DNA of 64,000 bases from Flavobacteriaceae bacterium (GCA_034111625.1 JAWUWX010000007.1:25360-89359), one strand, 5' to 3'; positions 40,079 through 51,067 are shown, counted from the stretch's first letter. Notes: a model not told the origin generated them from the sequence alone. Numbers and translations: made by a program.

Positions 40079-42067
40079 TTATTCAACTTCAGTTGAATTA
40101 TCTTCTTTCTTTTTTGAAACTTTAGATTTTTTTTCAATCTTAACTTCAGCTTCTTTGGTAAAAGGCCTCTTCCCGAAAATAGTTTCTAAATTTTCTTTAA
40201 AGATCACTTCTTTCTCTAGAAGTAACTCAGCCAATTCAGTCAATTTTTCTTTATGGGTAGTTAGAATTTTAATAGCTCTTTTATATTGTTTTTCAATAAT
40301 AATTGAAATTTCTTGATCGATTAACTTGGCAGTTTCTTCACTGTAAGGCTTAGAAAAACCGTAATCACTCTGACCTGAAGAATCATAATATGTTATATTT
40401 CCAATTTTTTCATTCAATCCATACACAGTTACCATCGCTCTTGCTTGTCGAGTTATTTTTTCAAGATCATTTAATGCTCCAGTAGAAATCTTGTTAAAAA
40501 TTAATTTCTCAGCAGCACGTCCAGCAAGAGTAGCGCACATTTCATCAAGCATTTGTTCAGTTCTTACAATCATTCTTTCTTCAGGAAGATACCAAGCAGC
40601 ACCTAGAGATTGTCCGCGAGGAACTATTGTGACTTTTACCAATGGAGCGGCATGTTCTAAAAACCAACTTGCAGTTGCATGTCCAGCTTCATGATAAGCA
40701 ATCGTTTTCTTTTCAGAAACAGTGATAATTTTATTTTTCTTTTCAAGTCCACCTACAATTCTATCAACGGCATCTAAAAAATCTTGATGATGAACTGCCT
40801 TTTTACTTTTTCTCGCAGCAATCAATGCTGCCTCGTTACATAAATTTGCAATATCAGCCCCAGAAAATCCGGGAGTTTGTTGAGAAAGGAAATCTAATTT
40901 AACATCTTTAGCAAGTTTTAAAGGCTTGATATGTACTGCAAATATTTCTTTACGTTCGTTTAAATCGGGTAAGTCGACATATATCTGTCTATCAAATCTT
41001 CCTGCTCTCATCAATGCTTTGTCCAATACATCTGCTCTATTGGTTGCTGCAATAACAATTACATTTACATCAGTACCAAATCCATCCATTTCTGTAAGTA
41101 ATTGATTCAGCGTATTCTCACGTTCGTCATTTCCGCCAGTCATATTACTTTTTCCTCTTGACCGACCTATAGCATCAATTTCATCAATAAATATTATCGA
41201 TGGAGATTTCTGGGCTGCTTGTTTAAATAAATCTCTTACACGAGAAGCACCTACACCTACGAACATCTCAACGAAATCTGAACCAGAAAGTGAGAAGAAA
41301 GGAACATCAGCTTCTCCTGCAACAGCTTTAGCCAATAAAGTTTTTCCTGTTCCTGGAGGTCCAACAAGTAAGGCTCCTTTTGGAATTTTCCCTCCAAGAG
41401 CAGTATATTTTCCTGGGTTTTTCAAGAAATCAACAATTTCTTGAACTTCCTCTTTTGCGCCTACCAATCCAGCAACATCTTTAAAAGTAGTATTGACTTT
41501 TTGATCTTTGTCAAATAGTTTTGCTTTTGATTTTCCAATATTAAAAATCTGACTACCACCACCTCCAGATCCTCCTCCAGACATTCTTCTCATGAAGAAA
41601 ATCCATAGTCCAATAAGTAATATAAAAGGTAACCAACCGATTATTTCAGCCATAATATTGGCCTGTTTTTTACTTTTGGTATCAAAATCTAAGTCTAATT
41701 CTGACTTTTTAGAGCTTAATTCGTCTTCAAAATTCTGTAAATCACCAAAATCATATATGTAATGTGGAGCATTTGCATCTTTTAAAAGCGAAGGTTTTCC
41801 GATGTCTTTATATCTATTTTTTTGAAGAACGTCCTCTTTTAAAGTGATATGGGCAACATCTTGATTGACGATAATAATATCTTTAATATCATTATCCATT
41901 AACATAGTCTTGAAATCATTCTTTGAAAGATCATCAGTGATATTACTTACTCCTTTGATTAATTGAAACCCAAGAAGTATTGCAAGTACGATTGCGTAAA
42001 TCCAGTAAGAATTAAATTTTGGAAATTTCCCGAGGTCTTTTTTATCTTTATTTTCTTTAGTACTCAT
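40079..42067 (-). CDS. ftsH: ATP-dependent zinc metalloprotease FtsH
   Basis: [20 protein letters not shown] and HEAGH motifs. Confidence 0.97.
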   Translation of the reverse strand: MSTKENKDKKDLGKFPKFNSYWIYAIVLAILLGFQLIKGVSNITDDLSKNDFKTMLMDNDIKDIIIVNQDVAHITLKEDVLQKNRYKDIGKPSLLKDANAPHYIYDFGDLQNFEDELSSKKSELDLDFDTKSKKQANIMAEIIGWLPFILLIGLWIFFMRRMSGGGSGGGGSQIFNIGKSKAKLFDKDQKVNTTFKDVAGLVGAKEEVQEIVDFLKNPGKYTALGGKIPKGALLVGPPGTGKTLLAKAVAGEADVPFFSLSGSDFVEMFVGVGASRVRDLFKQAAQKSPSIIFIDEIDAIGRSRGKSNMTGGNDERENTLNQLLTEMDGFGTDVNVIVIAATNRADVLDKALMRAGRFDRQIYVDLPDLNERKEIFAVHIKPLKLAKDVKLDFLSQQTPGFSGADIANLCNEAALIAARKSKKAVHHQDFLDAVDRIVGGLEKKNKIITVSEKKTIAYHEAGHATASWFLEHAAPLVKVTIVPRGQSLGAAWYLPEERMIVRTEQMLDEMCATLAGRAAEKLIFNKISTGALNDLEKITRQARAMVTVYGLNEKIGNITYYDSSGQSDYGFSKPYSEETAKLIDQEISIIIEKQYKRAIKILTTHKEKLTELAELLLEKEVIFKENLETIFGKRPFTKEAEVKIEKKSKVSKKKEDNSTEVE

Positions 42068-42089
42068 CTATAGTGTTGTAAAATGTATG

Positions 42090-42464
42090 TTATTTAACAT
42101 TAGTTGTAATTGTGGTGATTTTAGCATCTCCCCAAAGGCTTTCAATGTCGTAATATTCGCGAATGTCTTTTTGGAAAATATGAACTAGAACATTAACATA
42201 GTCCATTAAACTCCACTCTGCATTTCCTTCTCCTTCTATATGCCATGGCTTATCTTTAAGTTCTTTACTTACCATTTTCTGTACAGATTGAGATATAGCT
42301 TTTACTTGTGTGTTTGAGTTTCCAGTACATATTACAAAGTAATTTGTCACGGTGTTTTCAATTTCTCTCAAATCAAATAGCTGAATATCAATACCTTTTA
42401 TTTCTTCAATTCCTTTTATGATAACAGTTATAAGCTCATCTTCACTTACCTTTTTTTTAGCCAT
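42090..42464 (-). CDS. rsfS: ribosome silencing factor
   Basis: YFVICTGNS..QV, WSLMDY and REYYDIESLW motifs. Confidence 0.93.
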   Translation of the reverse strand: MAKKKVSEDELITVIIKGIEEIKGIDIQLFDLREIENTVTNYFVICTGNSNTQVKAISQSVQKMVSKELKDKPWHIEGEGNAEWSLMDYVNVLVHIFQKDIREYYDIESLWGDAKITTITTNVK

Positions 42465-42549
42465 TAAAAATTATTTAGTTTTGTGACAAAGTTATTATTT
42501 TTTTATGAGTAAATACTACATAAAAATAATGATTATATTTAATATTACT

Positions 42550-43284
42550 ATGATGATAATCAAACTTAATGCCACTGAATCGACCAATACATTTTTAAAA
42601 GAAATGTGTCATAATAATGAAGTAGAAAACTACACAGTTGTCTACTCTGAAAACCAATCAAAGGGTAGAGGTCAAATGAATTATAAATGGGATTCTGAAA
42701 GCGGTAAAAACCTAACATTAAGCATATTAGTTAAATATTCTTCATTGGGGATAAGTAAGCAATTTTATATTAGTAAAGTGATTTCATTGGCAATTTATGA
42801 GGTTGTAAATTCTTTAGTTAAGGTTTCAGTTGCAATAAAATGGCCTAACGACATATTGACAGCAAGTAAAAAAGTGTGTGGTGTTCTAATTGAAAACTCA
42901 GTCAAAAGGTCAGAAATACAACATTCTATTGTTGGAATAGGTTTAAATGTAAATCAAGAGCTATTTGTCAATTTACCAAATGCAACTTCTTTAAAGATGA
43001 TCACCGATCAAGAGTATGATTTGGATTTACTACTAAAAAAACTGATTGATTCAATTAAATTGTATTGCAAGTTGATTGAAGAAAATAAGTTTGAAAGTAT
43101 TGATGAACAATATTTAAAATGTTTGTATAAATATGAAAAGCCTTCTATGTATAGAGATGTTTTAAAAGACAGGCAGTTTTTAGGTAAAATTGTTGGTACT
43201 TCTGCAGATGGAAAATTGAGAGTAGAATTGGAAAACGAAAATATAAAAGAGTTTAATTTGAAAGAAATTAAATTTTTAAATTAA
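42550..43284 (+). CDS. birA: biotin--[acetyl-CoA-carboxylase] ligase
   Basis: STN, QSKGRGQ, KWPNDI, KVCGVL and GIGLNVNQ motifs; start likely 42550 or 42553. Confidence 0.92.
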   Translation: MMIIKLNATESTNTFLKEMCHNNEVENYTVVYSENQSKGRGQMNYKWDSESGKNLTLSILVKYSSLGISKQFYISKVISLAIYEVVNSLVKVSVAIKWPNDILTASKKVCGVLIENSVKRSEIQHSIVGIGLNVNQELFVNLPNATSLKMITDQEYDLDLLLKKLIDSIKLYCKLIEENKFESIDEQYLKCLYKYEKPSMYRDVLKDRQFLGKIVGTSADGKLRVELENENIKEFNLKEIKFLN

Positions 43285-44135
43285 CTATTGATTGCTTTAA
43301 TCATTCTATCATTGTTAAAAACATCTTTTCTTAGTTCTATATTGCTCAGCCCTTTTTCTTCTAATAAACCTCTAGTTTCTTTTCCTAAATATTGGTTGAT
43401 TTCAAAAAACAGACTTCCTTGAGAAACTAAATTGTTTTTGGAAAAATCACAGATTTTATCGTAAAAAAGTAAAGGGTTTTGATCTTTGACAAACAATGCC
43501 AAATGTGGCTCGTTGTCTAAAACATTATTCTTTATTTCAATCTTTTCAAGTTCTCTCACATAAGGAGGATTGCTTACAATAATATCAAATTCAATATTTA
43601 TTTTGTCTAAAATTAAGATGTTTTTATTGATAAATTGAATTTTCACCCTGTTTAAAAGTGCGTTTTCTTGAGCGGTCTTTATTGCTTTATTAGAGATGTC
43701 TAATGCCCAGACTTCTGCATTTGGAATATTTTTCGCAAGCGATATAGCAATACATCCACTTCCAGTTCCAATATCCAATATTTTAATTTTTTCAGAATGA
43801 TGTTTTGCATCTGCTATAATCCAACTCACCAGTTCTTCAGTTTCTGATCTAGGAATCAACACGTTTTTATTAACATTGAAAGGTAATCCGTAAAATTCAG
43901 TTTCGCCTATAATATATTGAAGCGGTATTTCTTTTTTTAACTGAGTAAGTGCATCAGAAAAATAGAGTTCATTATCAGAAGTTAGTTCTTGATTTGGATC
44001 TAAAGCAAGGTCTATTCTTTTTAAGCCAATTTTATGTTCAATTAATTGGAAAAAGAAATTTTCGATTTCTGATATTGGATATAAATTCTTTAAATGAATT
44101 TTAAATGTGTTTTTTAAAGAGGTAACTGTCATCAT
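43281..44135 (-). CDS. prmC: peptide chain release factor N5-glutamine methyltransferase
   Basis: VLIPRSETEELV, LDIGTGSGCIA and SNPPY motifs; ATGA overlap with the GNAT stop. Confidence 0.95.
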   Translation of the reverse strand: MMTVTSLKNTFKIHLKNLYPISEIENFFFQLIEHKIGLKRIDLALDPNQELTSDNELYFSDALTQLKKEIPLQYIIGETEFYGLPFNVNKNVLIPRSETEELVSWIIADAKHHSEKIKILDIGTGSGCIAISLAKNIPNAEVWALDISNKAIKTAQENALLNRVKIQFINKNILILDKINIEFDIIVSNPPYVRELEKIEIKNNVLDNEPHLALFVKDQNPLLFYDKICDFSKNNLVSQGSLFFEINQYLGKETRGLLEEKGLSNIELRKDVFNNDRMIKAINS

Positions 44136-44623
44136 AAAGTTTTGATCATCCACATATTACAACTATAATGTCCGGTGTCTCCTAATGGTCTGTCTAAAGA
44201 TTGAAATCCTACTTTTTCATATAGTTTTCTTGCATCATTCATATAAGGCAACGTTTCTAAATAGCATTTTTCATAACCTAACTCTTTCGATTTTTGCAAA
44301 CAAGTTTCCATCATTTGAGACCCTAATCCTTTTCCTCTGGCTTCAGAAGAGAAATACATTTTTTGTAATTCGCAGATGTTCTCTGTAGAGTTTTTTAATT
44401 GAGCGATTCCTGCTCCTCCTATTATTTTATCTACTCTAGTAAGCACATAATAAGTTGAAGAGTTGTTTTTATATGTTTCGAACATCATATCAAGTGCAGC
44501 GTCTTCATATGCAGTACCTACTTTGGGAACACCCATTTCTATCAGCACTTCTCTTATTACTTTGGCAATTTGTTGATTGTCATTCTGTTGAATCTCTCGA
44601 ATTGTATAGTTGTTCTTACTCAA
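44132..44623 (-). CDS. GNAT family N-acetyltransferase
   Basis: ELQKMYF, ARGKGLG and LYEKVGF motifs; TTG start. Confidence 0.9.
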   Translation of the reverse strand: MSKNNYTIREIQQNDNQQIAKVIREVLIEMGVPKVGTAYEDAALDMMFETYKNNSSTYYVLTRVDKIIGGAGIAQLKNSTENICELQKMYFSSEARGKGLGSQMMETCLQKSKELGYEKCYLETLPYMNDARKLYEKVGFQSLDRPLGDTGHYSCNMWMIKTL

Positions 44624-44645
44624 TTTAAAGTCTTATTTTTGTGTT

Positions 44646-45698
44646 GTGAAGATACATGAAAAATACATAAAACGCTGCATTGAATTGGCAAAAAAAGGAT
44701 TGGGAACTACTAGGCCTAATCCGATGGTTGGATGTGTTATTGTATATAAAGGAAGAATAATAGGAGAAGGATACACAAGTCCTTACGGAAGTGATCATGC
44801 TGAAGTAAATGCAATAGGATCTATAAAAAATAAAAAATTACTTAAAGAGTCAGTTCTATATGTGAGCCTTGAACCATGTTCACATTATGGTAAAACGCCC
44901 CCTTGCGCCAATTTAATATCTGAGTACGCTATTCCTAAAGTAGTTATAGGTGTAATTGATGATAATAGTCTTGTCTCTGGAAAAGGCATAAAACATTTAC
45001 AAGCTAATGGCTGTCAGGTTACAGTGGGAGTTCTTGAAGTCGAATGTCGAGAAGTTAATAAACGATTTTTTACGTTTCATACTTATAAGCGCCCTTATAT
45101 TGTTTTAAAATGGGCAGAAACTAGAGATGGATTTATAGATGGTATTCGATTTGAAAATTCTGAGAAAAAACCAAATTGGATTTCTAATAAGTACTCACAG
45201 CAATTGGTTCATAAATGGAGGAGTGAGGAGCAATCGATTCTAGTTGGAACTAATACTGTTATTGCTGATAATCCAAAATTGGATGTTCGGAAATGGACAG
45301 GTGAAAACCCTGTACGATTGGTGTTAGATAATTCTATGCGAATTCCTCATGATTATCATGTATTTGACGGAAAAGCTATGACGATTATTTTTACGAGTTC
45401 TAAGTCTCTATTTGAAGAAAAAGAAAATGTACAGGTTGAATATATTGATTATTCTAAAAATGTTCCAGGTCAAATATGTCAAGTACTTTTTAATAATAAT
45501 ATCCAATCAGTTATTATAGAAGGAGGAGCCCAAACTTTGCAAAGTTTTATTAGTGAGAACTTATGGGATGAAGCAAGAATATTTATAGGAGATACTGTTT
45601 TTAATAAAGGTATTTCTGCGCCTGAAATTGAAGGAGAATTGGTTTCTATGGAGAACATAGGTTCTGATATCTTGAAAATAATAAAACCCTTGATTTGA
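44646..45698 (+). CDS. ribD: riboflavin biosynthesis deaminase/reductase
   Basis: PNPMVG, HAE, LEPCSHYGKTPPC and IEGGA motifs; GTG 44646 preferred. Confidence 0.95.
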   Translation: MKIHEKYIKRCIELAKKGLGTTRPNPMVGCVIVYKGRIIGEGYTSPYGSDHAEVNAIGSIKNKKLLKESVLYVSLEPCSHYGKTPPCANLISEYAIPKVVIGVIDDNSLVSGKGIKHLQANGCQVTVGVLEVECREVNKRFFTFHTYKRPYIVLKWAETRDGFIDGIRFENSEKKPNWISNKYSQQLVHKWRSEEQSILVGTNTVIADNPKLDVRKWTGENPVRLVLDNSMRIPHDYHVFDGKAMTIIFTSSKSLFEEKENVQVEYIDYSKNVPGQICQVLFNNNIQSVIIEGGAQTLQSFISENLWDEARIFIGDTVFNKGISAPEIEGELVSMENIGSDILKIIKPLI

Positions 45699-46303
45699 GT
45701 CAAATAGATACTTATAGGACTGTTGTCAATTCATTGGAAGGTGAAGTGTTTAAAGATAGAGGAAGTAAATTTATTGGATATGTTTTTCCTATTTCTAATG
45801 AAGATCAAGTTAAGCCTTATATAGAAGAGTTGAAGTCTCAGCATCATAAAGCACGCCATTGGTGTTATGCTTGGAGGATAGGGATGGAGGAAGAGGAGAT
45901 TCGTTTTCGTGCCAATGATGATGGAGAGCCGAATAATAGCGCAGGACAACCTATTTACGGTCAATTATTATCATTTGAAGTTACAAATGTTCTAGTTGTA
46001 GTAGTACGTTACTTTGGAGGGACCAAGCTTGGAGTAGGTGGATTGATAAATGCCTATAAGACTTCGGCTAAATATGTGCTTGATGAAGTTAAAATTGTAA
46101 AAAAGACAATTGATATTAATTTTAAACTGACATTTGATTATGAGCATATGGATAAAGTGATGCGAATAATTAAAGAAAGAAAACTCACAATTATACGTCA
46201 ACAAATGGAGTTAAATTGTGTATTTGAGTTTTCGGTAAGAAAAAAAGAGGCTGAAGGAACTAAAAAAGCATTTGAAGATTTACGATGTTTATTGATCAAA
46301 TAA
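45695..46303 (+). CDS. yigZ: IMPACT/YigZ family protein
   Basis: GSKFIG, HWCYAW, DDGEP and RYFGGTKLG motifs. Confidence 0.92.
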   Translation: MSQIDTYRTVVNSLEGEVFKDRGSKFIGYVFPISNEDQVKPYIEELKSQHHKARHWCYAWRIGMEEEEIRFRANDDGEPNNSAGQPIYGQLLSFEVTNVLVVVVRYFGGTKLGVGGLINAYKTSAKYVLDEVKIVKKTIDINFKLTFDYEHMDKVMRIIKERKLTIIRQQMELNCVFEFSVRKKEAEGTKKAFEDLRCLLIK

Positions 46304-46699
46304 AGGATTTATTATTTCTTGTAAATATTCAGGGCAGCGAATAGGTTTGTTTTTTTTCATATCAATAAAGACCAAACTTGTATATCCTGTTGTTAGAAGT
46401 TCATTTTCTTGATTAAAAATTTCAAAATTAAATTCAATTTTTACACCAGGTTTTTTTATTAATGTAGTTTTAAGTTTAAGTAATGCATCATACTTTGCTG
46501 GTTTTAAATAGTTTACATTTAAATTTAAAACTGGAAGCATAATACCGTTGTCTTCCATGCTCTTGTAGGATACTCCAAGATTGCGTAACCATTCTACTCT
46601 CCCCATCTCAAAATATTGAGCGTAAATTCCGTAATAAACATAACTCATTTGGTCAGTCTCTCCATATCTTACACGGAATTCTTGAGTAAATGTTAGCAT
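46289..46699 (-). CDS. acyl-CoA thioesterase (YbgC/FadM family)
   Basis: RVRYGETDQM and YLKPAKYD motifs. Confidence 0.9.
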   Translation of the reverse strand: MLTFTQEFRVRYGETDQMSYVYYGIYAQYFEMGRVEWLRNLGVSYKSMEDNGIMLPVLNLNVNYLKPAKYDALLKLKTTLIKKPGVKIEFNFEIFNQENELLTTGYTSLVFIDMKKNKPIRCPEYLQEIINPLFDQ

Positions 46700-46780
46700 A
46701 TATTATCTTTTTTATTTTTGTTGAGTATACGTATAAAATAATTAAGAATCAATAGCTAAATAATTTTTTTATACTAATAA

Positions 46781-46789
46781 TTATGCACA
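46781..46789 (+). promoter_or_regulatory. DnaA box (TTATGCACA) upstream of dnaA
   Basis: Matches TTWTNCACA, about 80 bp upstream of the dnaA start. Confidence 0.5.
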
Positions 46790-46866
46790 CTTTTGTAAGG
46801 CTGAAAGAATAGATCTCCAATTATGTTTTTAGCAATCCCATTAACCAGAAACACCAACGACTAAGA

Positions 46867-48294
46867 ATGACAAAAACTGCTACCTCAGTTTGGAATGAAT
46901 GTTTGTCTTTTATTAAGGATAATATAAAGCCACAAGCTTACAAAACATGGTTTGAGCCTATTAAGCCAATTAAAACTTCTGAGAACTCTCTTACAATTCA
47001 AGTACCTAGTAAGTTTTTCTATGAATGGCTAGAAGAACACTATATAAAATTATTGCGTGTTGCTTTGGTTAGAGAGTTAGGAAAAGATGCTAAATTGATT
47101 TATGATGTGAGAATGGAGAATGCATATAGTAGTAGTACACCTCATACTGTTAAAATCCCTAGTTCTAATAGAAACCCTTTAAATCCTCAAGGAATTACAG
47201 TTCCTTTGGAAATTAATAAGCGTGAATTAAAAAACCCTTTTGTAATTCCTGGAATTCAGAAGGTTAAGATTGAATCGCAATTAAATCCAAATTATAATTT
47301 TGATAGTTTTATTGAAGGAGATTCGAATCGATTAGCACGTTCAGCAAGTATGGCTGTCGCGAATAAGCCTGGAGGAACGTCTTTTAATCCATTAATGATA
47401 TATGGAGGGGTTGGATTAGGAAAAACACATTTAGCGCACGCTATAGGTGTTGAAATCAAAGATAAATACCCTGATAAGACTGTGTTGTATATTTCTTCTG
47501 AAAGATTTACACAGCAGTTTATAGATTCTATAAAGTCCAATACCAGAAATGATTTTATTCATTTTTATCAAATGATAGATGTATTAATTATAGATGATGT
47601 ACAATTCTTATCTGGTAAAACAGGTACTCAAGACGTATTTTTCCATATTTTCAATCATCTACATCAAAATGGAAGGCAAGTAATTATTACTTCTGATAAA
47701 GCACCTGTTGATATGCAAGATATCGAACAACGATTGTTGTCAAGATTTAAATGGGGATTGTCAGCTGAATTACAGGCGCCAGATTACGAAACAAGAATTT
47801 CTATTTTACAAAATAAACTTTTCAGAGACGGCGTAGATATGCCTGAAGAAATTGTAGAGTATATTGCTAAACATATTAAAACCAATGTTCGTGAGTTAGA
47901 AGGTGTCTTAGTTTCTATGATTGCACAAGCTTCATTTAATAGAAAAGAATTCACACTTTCTTTGACCAAACAGATTGTAGATAAATTTGTTAAAAACACG
48001 AAAAGAGAAGTGTCAATTGATCAAATCCAAAAAGTAGTTTCTAGTTATTTTGATTTAGATGTTGCGACGTTACAATCTAAGACTAGGAAAAGACATATTG
48101 TACAAGCAAGACAATTGGCAATGTTTTTTGCAAAGAAAATGACCAAGGCTTCACTTGCAAGTATCGGTTCTCAGATAGGAAAACGTGATCATGCAACAGT
48201 ATTACATGCTTGTAAGACTGTAGATAACTTAACAGAGACAGACAAGCAATTCCGTAAATATGTTGAGGATTTAACGAAGAAACTTACGTATTAA
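46867..48294 (+). CDS. dnaA: chromosomal replication initiator DnaA
   Basis: FNPL.IYGGVGLGKTHL, IDDVQF, RLLSRF, RELEG and RDHATVLHA motifs. Confidence 0.98.
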   Translation: MTKTATSVWNECLSFIKDNIKPQAYKTWFEPIKPIKTSENSLTIQVPSKFFYEWLEEHYIKLLRVALVRELGKDAKLIYDVRMENAYSSSTPHTVKIPSSNRNPLNPQGITVPLEINKRELKNPFVIPGIQKVKIESQLNPNYNFDSFIEGDSNRLARSASMAVANKPGGTSFNPLMIYGGVGLGKTHLAHAIGVEIKDKYPDKTVLYISSERFTQQFIDSIKSNTRNDFIHFYQMIDVLIIDDVQFLSGKTGTQDVFFHIFNHLHQNGRQVIITSDKAPVDMQDIEQRLLSRFKWGLSAELQAPDYETRISILQNKLFRDGVDMPEEIVEYIAKHIKTNVRELEGVLVSMIAQASFNRKEFTLSLTKQIVDKFVKNTKREVSIDQIQKVVSSYFDLDVATLQSKTRKRHIVQARQLAMFFAKKMTKASLASIGSQIGKRDHATVLHACKTVDNLTETDKQFRKYVEDLTKKLTY

Positions 48295-48305
48295 ATTTTC
48301 TTGTT

Positions 48306-48758
48306 ATGACAAAAGTATTGATGGTATGTCTAGGCAATATTTGTCGATCACCATTGGCCGAAGGAATTTTAAAAACAAAAACTTTCTTAAAAGGCGTGTC
48401 CGTAGATTCTGCAGGTACCTCTAGTTATCATATAGGAAACCCTCCTGATTTGAGATCCGTTGAGATTGCTAAAAAGCATAATATTGATATTACTAATCAA
48501 AGAGGGAGGAAATTTGTAATTTCAGATTTTGATGATTTTGATATTATATATGCTATGGATTCTTTAAATTTTCGTACTATTTTGAATTTGGCGAGAAATG
48601 AAAGTGATAAGCAAAAAGTTAAGATTATTTTAAACGAATTGTTTCCAAATGAAGATTTAGATGTTCCAGATCCATACAATGGTGGTGAACATGGATTTAG
48701 AGTTGTGTATGATATGCTAGATCAAGTATGTGATGAAATTGTAAAAAAAATAACTTAA
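48306..48758 (+). CDS. low molecular weight protein-tyrosine phosphatase
   Basis: CLGNICRS P-loop, DSAGT and DVPDPY motifs. Confidence 0.94.
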   Translation: MTKVLMVCLGNICRSPLAEGILKTKTFLKGVSVDSAGTSSYHIGNPPDLRSVEIAKKHNIDITNQRGRKFVISDFDDFDIIYAMDSLNFRTILNLARNESDKQKVKIILNELFPNEDLDVPDPYNGGEHGFRVVYDMLDQVCDEIVKKIT

Positions 48759-49471
48759 TGTCTCAAAAGGGAAAACTATATTTAATACCAACTACTTTAG
48801 GAGATAATGAACCTCTTGAGGTTTTGCCTTTATCAGTTAAGAAAGTTGTAGAACAATTAGATCACTTTATTGTTGAGAATCAAAAAACAGCAAGGAGTTT
48901 CATTAAAAAAATCACTCCAAAAAAATCACAACCTTCACTTATTTTAATGTCAATTGACAAGTATGCTGAAGCTCTTGAAGTAAGTAGATATCTTGATGTA
49001 TGTGATCAAGGAATATCTGTTGGATTGTTGTCTGAAGCTGGGGTTCCAGCAATAGCAGATCCTGGAGCTGAAGTTGTAAAACTTGCGCATAAAAAAAACA
49101 TTCAAGTAATACCATTGGTAGGACCATCCTCTATTATTCTTGCAATGATGGCTTCTGGAATGAATGGTCAGAGTTTTGCTTTTAATGGATACCTTCCTAT
49201 TGAAAAGTCGGATAGAAAAAAAGCAATTAAGCAGTTAGAAAAATTATCTTTTGATAAAAATCAATCTCAGATATTTATTGAGACACCTTATAGGAACGAG
49301 AAGATGATGATCGATTTAAAATCAGTATTATCCAGCGGTACTAGTTTGTCAATAGCATGTGATATTACCTTGTCTTCAGAATATATTAAAACTTTACCAA
49401 TAGAAAAGTGGGCGAAAGAAAATCCAGATTTACATAAAAGACCTACAATATTTATTATTCATAAGACATAA
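48758..49471 (+). CDS. RsmI-like SAM-dependent (tetrapyrrole-type) methyltransferase
   Basis: LYLIPT, SEAGVPAIADPG, GPSS and IETPYRN motifs. Confidence 0.88.
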   Translation: MSQKGKLYLIPTTLGDNEPLEVLPLSVKKVVEQLDHFIVENQKTARSFIKKITPKKSQPSLILMSIDKYAEALEVSRYLDVCDQGISVGLLSEAGVPAIADPGAEVVKLAHKKNIQVIPLVGPSSIILAMMASGMNGQSFAFNGYLPIEKSDRKKAIKQLEKLSFDKNQSQIFIETPYRNEKMMIDLKSVLSSGTSLSIACDITLSSEYIKTLPIEKWAKENPDLHKRPTIFIIHKT

Positions 49472-49504
49472 AAAAAACTCAAAACAGATGTCTTGAGTTT
49501 TTTT
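49471..49504. terminator. bidirectional intrinsic terminator
   Basis: AAAAAAACTCAA / TTGAGTTTTTTT between convergent genes. Confidence 0.8.
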
Positions 49505-49529
49505 ATTACTAACCAAAAAATTAACCAAT

Positions 49530-50153
49530 TCAAATCAATGGGTTTCTGTCAGCTTCAATGGAAGAAACGTCAAACCCAGAAAATCTTTTCATATAATATT
49601 TAATTGAAGAGCCATAAGCGTCGCTAAAATTAGTATCGCCATTGCTTCTTAAGAATTTTTTCACGTTACCTGCACCACCTAAATGTGCAGCAGCCAATAT
49701 ACCTGACTCAGTGATTACAACTCCATTTATTTTATTACCAACACTTCTTCGAATATCTTTTCTTAAAATGTATTTATTTAATGAACATAGAGCTTTAAAT
49801 GCTCTTTCTTGTTGTTCGGGGTTTTTTAAGAATTTTTCTGCATTATAAACCTTCAATCTTCTTAAAGTTGATTTCCCAAACTGATATTTTCCTAAATATC
49901 CAAGCGTATTTATTATATGATATCTATTTCTAGATTCTTTAAATCCGACAGCCTCTTTAAACCCGACATATGACTTCCCTGTAAATGGCGCTGTAATGTT
50001 ATTCCTGATTTCTGTAAGTGAAGGAACGGTTACTATCTCTAAAGTGCGGAAAGAGTTCTCATTATATACTTTCTTGCTTTTAGTTGATTCTGAAAATCCG
50101 GAACTAATAACAGTAATTAAAACTAATCCAATTACTAAAAATACTTTTTTCAT
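49530..50153 (-). CDS. exported lysozyme/lytic-transglycosylase-fold protein
   Basis: Signal peptide; ES...Y...N..GYLGKYQF and AAAHLGG motifs. Confidence 0.7.
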   Translation of the reverse strand: MKKVFLVIGLVLITVISSGFSESTKSKKVYNENSFRTLEIVTVPSLTEIRNNITAPFTGKSYVGFKEAVGFKESRNRYHIINTLGYLGKYQFGKSTLRRLKVYNAEKFLKNPEQQERAFKALCSLNKYILRKDIRRSVGNKINGVVITESGILAAAHLGGAGNVKKFLRSNGDTNFSDAYGSSIKYYMKRFSGFDVSSIEADRNPLI

Positions 50154-50758
50154 ACTTAATGGTTTTTTATTATAATTCTATAATGTGAACCTTCTCATAT
50201 TTCGGAGTGCAATATTAATCACTAATATTTATCTAACAATGAAACTTTTATTTATTTATTTATTTTTATAATAAATATAATTATCGGTTTCAAATGCTAA
50301 TTATTACTCAGTTTTATTTTACTAAAGATATAAAATCTGTTAAAAATTTATGTTTTAATTTCATTATATGTAATCAAAATAAAAATATTCAAACAAATGC
50401 CTATGTAAATAGCATTGCTAATGTTAAAATGTAATAGATTGTCTATTTGACTTGTTTTCATGTAGTGGTAACGATTATTCTGCTAATATAGAATGTGAAG
50501 TACTACCATGAAGTATAAATTAATATATGTAAGGAGAAAATCTATTAGTAGTAGGTTTAATTAAACCTTATACTAGTAAAAGAGAAAGTTTTGAGTATTG
50601 TAGATGAACAAATCTAACTTCGTGAATAACAAAAACCTAGAATCGATACTTGTTCAGGGTTGATTTAATTATTTAAAAAAGACATTCCTTTTTTAGGGAA
50701 GACTTATATAATATTTTTTAGTGGAATAGAAATAGGATAAATTTGAATCAACAAGTAA

Positions 50759-51067
50759 TTAACATAACGCAATTGAAGAACCTTGTTTTTTTTCTGAATT
50801 TCTCAAGAAATTAATAATATTCTTCACTCTAGATCTTCTAGAAGAAGATTTAAAAGTTTCGTATTTTACAATTACACTGACTTTATTATCTTCTGTTGAA
50901 TTAATAACCTCAAAGTTAATTTTTAAATCTTGATTTACTTTTGCGTCTTGCTCAAAATTTAAAACTATAATTTCAGTAATATTTAAACTGTTTTTCTCAT
51001 TTTGAGCTAATCCAGAAATAGATGTCAATAAAATTAATAAAACTGTTGTTAAGGTTATTTTTTTCAT
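50759..51067 (-). CDS. hypothetical exported protein (102 aa)
   Basis: MKKITLTTVLLILLTSISGLAQ signal peptide at ATG 51067. Confidence 0.6.
   Translation of the reverse strand: MKKITLTTVLLILLTSISGLAQNEKNSLNITEIIVLNFEQDAKVNQDLKINFEVINSTEDNKVSVIVKYETFKSSSRRSRVKNIINFLRNSEKKQGSSIALC

Noticed and set aside
50154-50758. AT-rich intergenic region as oriC near dnaA
   Set aside because: No cluster of DnaA boxes, only isolated mismatched candidates, and no convincing ORF or repeat.
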